Assembly (NCBI GenBank): GCA_964581305.1
Contig: CAZONC010000002.1
Location: 1 to 36,936, forward strand
DNA from: an uncultured archaeon
Lineage (GTDB): Archaea > Aenigmatarchaeota > Aenigmatarchaeia > CG10238-14 > SCSR01
Direction of reading: 5' to 3'
Length of the DNA: 36,936 nucleotides
Shown piece by piece: positions 35,514 to 36,936 of the stretch. How positions within the stretch are numbered: position 1 is the first letter of the stretch; every line of letters begins with the position of its first letter. The position numbers were made by a program, and so were the translations under genes. Below the pieces are notes generated by a model. That model saw nothing but the letters and a program-made list of their open reading frames with translations. It made no database searches and was not told the DNA's origin.

Positions 35514-36788
35514 ATGCCGGCAAAACCGCACTTAAACATAGTAACAATAGGACACGTTGATCATGGGAAATCAACAATAATTGGTAGATTATTGTTCGAA
35601 ACAGGGGCTATAAGAGAGGAAGAACTTAAAAAAATGAGAGAATTGGCAGCAGAATATAAAATTGAGGGTGCGGAATTTGCTTACATTCTTGACAAAATTA
35701 AAGAAGAAAGAATAAGAGGAATGACAATAGAACTTTCACATAAACCATTTGAGACCAATAAATACTTTTTCACAATAATAGACTGTCCAGGTCATAGAGA
35801 CTTTGTTAAAAACATGATTACTGGTGCCTCACAGGCAGATGGTGCTATATTAGTGATTTCCGCAAGACCTGGTGAAGGTGTACAAGAGCAAACGAGAGAA
35901 CATCTTTTCCTTGCAAAAGTAATGGGTATTAATCAACTTGTTGTTGCGATTACTAAAATGGACCTTGCAAATTGGTCAAAGGAAAAATACGAACAGCTGA
36001 AAAAAGAAGCATCCGATTTACTCAAAATGTCTGGTTATGATATAGGAAAAATTCAATTTGTACCAGTTTCCGGACAGCTTGGGGACAATCTTTTGAAAAG
36101 ATCGCAAAACATGCCTTGGTACACCGGCCCGACTCTTGTCGAAGCTTTAGATAATTTTCAAGTTCCACCAAGACCAACAGAGAAACCATTAAGAATGCCT
36201 GTACAAGATGTTTTCACAATTACTGGTGTAGGAACGGTTCCTGTTGGAAAAGTTGAAACTGGTATTGTAAAAGTTGGTGATACAGTTATATTTGAGCCTA
36301 GTGGTGTAAAAGGAGAGGTTAAGTCAATTGAAATTCATCATCAGTCAATACCGGAAGCAAAACCTGGTGATAATATTGGTGTAAATGTCCGCGGAATAAG
36401 TAAGAAAGATATAAGGCGTGGTGACGTCATGGGTCATCCTGATAATCCACCAACAGTTGCAAAAGAATTTATTGCTCAGATTGTAGTTTTAAATCATCCA
36501 AGTGTTATTGCGGCTGGTTATACTCCTGTATTTCACTGCCACACTGCTTCAGTAGCATGTAAAATAGAAGAAATAATTGCAAAAATAGACCCAAAAACTG
36601 GTGCAGTTATCCAAGAAAAACCAGATTTCATAAAAATGGGCGATGCAGCAAAAGTAAGGGTTGTTCCCACAAAACCAATGGTAATAGAAAAAATATCTGA
36701 GTTTCCTGAATTGGCAAGATTTGCTATTCGAGATATGGGAATGACGGTAGCAGCTGGTGTTTGTTTAGATGTGGTTAAAGCCAAGTGA
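35514..36788 (+). CDS. tuf: Translation elongation factor 1-alpha (aEF-1alpha)
   Basis: [17 protein letters not shown] and TKMD motifs. The protein is full length at 424 aa. Confidence 0.93.
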   Translation: MPAKPHLNIVTIGHVDHGKSTIIGRLLFETGAIREEELKKMRELAAEYKIEGAEFAYILDKIKEERIRGMTIELSHKPFETNKYFFTIIDCPGHRDFVKNMITGASQADGAILVISARPGEGVQEQTREHLFLAKVMGINQLVVAITKMDLANWSKEKYEQLKKEASDLLKMSGYDIGKIQFVPVSGQLGDNLLKRSQNMPWYTGPTLVEALDNFQVPPRPTEKPLRMPVQDVFTITGVGTVPVGKVETGIVKVGDTVIFEPSGVKGEVKSIEIHHQSIPEAKPGDNIGVNVRGISKKDIRRGDVMGHPDNPPTVAKEFIAQIVVLNHPSVIAAGYTPVFHCHTASVACKIEEIIAKIDPKTGAVIQEKPDFIKMGDAAKVRVVPTKPMVIEKISEFPELARFAIRDMGMTVAAGVCLDVVKAK

Positions 36789-36856
36789 AGTTTGCTTTAA
36801 TAACTGATTAAAGTTTCTATAAAAATGACACAGTACTACTGAGTTTATTTTATAAA

Positions 36857-36936
36857 CTTCGAACAATAAACAAGTACAACCCATGGTGGGCTGGTAAAGA
36901 AATTCCAAAATTTAAATTAGGCACAGCGGTAGTCTA
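36857..36936 (+). CDS. Possible 5' end of an AAA+ ATPase gene (COG1373-like NPWW N-terminus), truncated by the window edge
   Basis: The open frame reads ...LRTINKYNPWWAGKEIPKFKLGTAVV to the window edge. The frame opens at 36812, and I could not identify an ATG, GTG or TTG start in it. Confidence 0.2.

Noticed and set aside
25198-36788. Inteins or large insertions in the RNAP subunits, EF-2 or EF-1alpha.
   Set aside because: Domain lengths are normal or slightly short. Conserved blocks are contiguous, and I saw no extra segments flanked by Cys/Ser...His-Asn intein boundaries.
1-36936. CRISPR arrays, cas genes, restriction-modification systems, toxin-antitoxin pairs or other defence islands.
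   Set aside because: I found no regularly spaced direct repeats and no ORF with recognisable defence-family motifs. The PIN domain at 16454 belongs to the conserved PIN-ATPase-KH housekeeping-type protein, not to a VapBC pair.
1-36936. Possible stop-codon reassignment, which occurs in some reduced genomes.
   Set aside because: Conserved proteins end at the expected positions on all three stops: TAA for leuS, TGA for hisS and rpoB'', and TAG for alaS and the DUF429-like gene. No conserved domain is interrupted in frame. The standard code fits.

Overview
This is an AT-rich archaeal chromosomal window, densely packed and made up almost entirely of information-processing genes. The archaeal call rests on RpoH, a split RpoB, RpoA'/A'', L30e, short KH-type NusA, aEF-2 and aEF-1alpha.

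Layout, left to right:
- a tRNA-Val fragment, a THEP1-like NTPase and an initiator tRNA-Met
- an operon of four small unknown ORFs ending in a TrmB-family regulator, then tRNA-Arg
- leuS, small membrane and unknown genes, a bacterial-type compact alaS, an OB-fold plus TctA-like pair, ileS and hisS
- a PIN-ATPase-KH protein, a second TrmB paralog, ATP-dependent DNA ligase, a nitroreductase and a DUF11-like surface protein
- a tRNA-Tyr / 5S rRNA / tRNA-Asp cluster
- the conserved block rpoH-rpoB''-rpoB'/A'-rpoA''-rpl30e-nusA-rps12-rps7, followed by fusA and tuf

I found no CRISPR array, transposase, integrase or recognisable defence system. I do not see a clear novel multi-gene system here.

The points most worth a second look are:
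1. An in-frame RpoB'-RpoA' fusion whose integrity depends on the length of one A5 homopolymer.
2. All four complete tRNA genes are interrupted, at three different positions: the D-arm, the anticodon loop (twice) and the T-loop.
3. A bacterial-type AlaRS of only 588 aa that lacks the C-Ala domain.
4. An uncharacterised operon of four small proteins plus TrmB, with a TrmB-style palindrome upstream.
5. An unannotated 32-aa TFIIB-like zinc-ribbon ORF.
6. Extreme compaction, with six convergent gene or tRNA pairs whose ends are 0-1 nt apart or overlap.

Short proteins, intron-rich tRNAs and overlapping genes suggest a small-genome (DPANN-like) archaeon. That is inference only. All homology calls come from motif recognition by eye, not from database searches.
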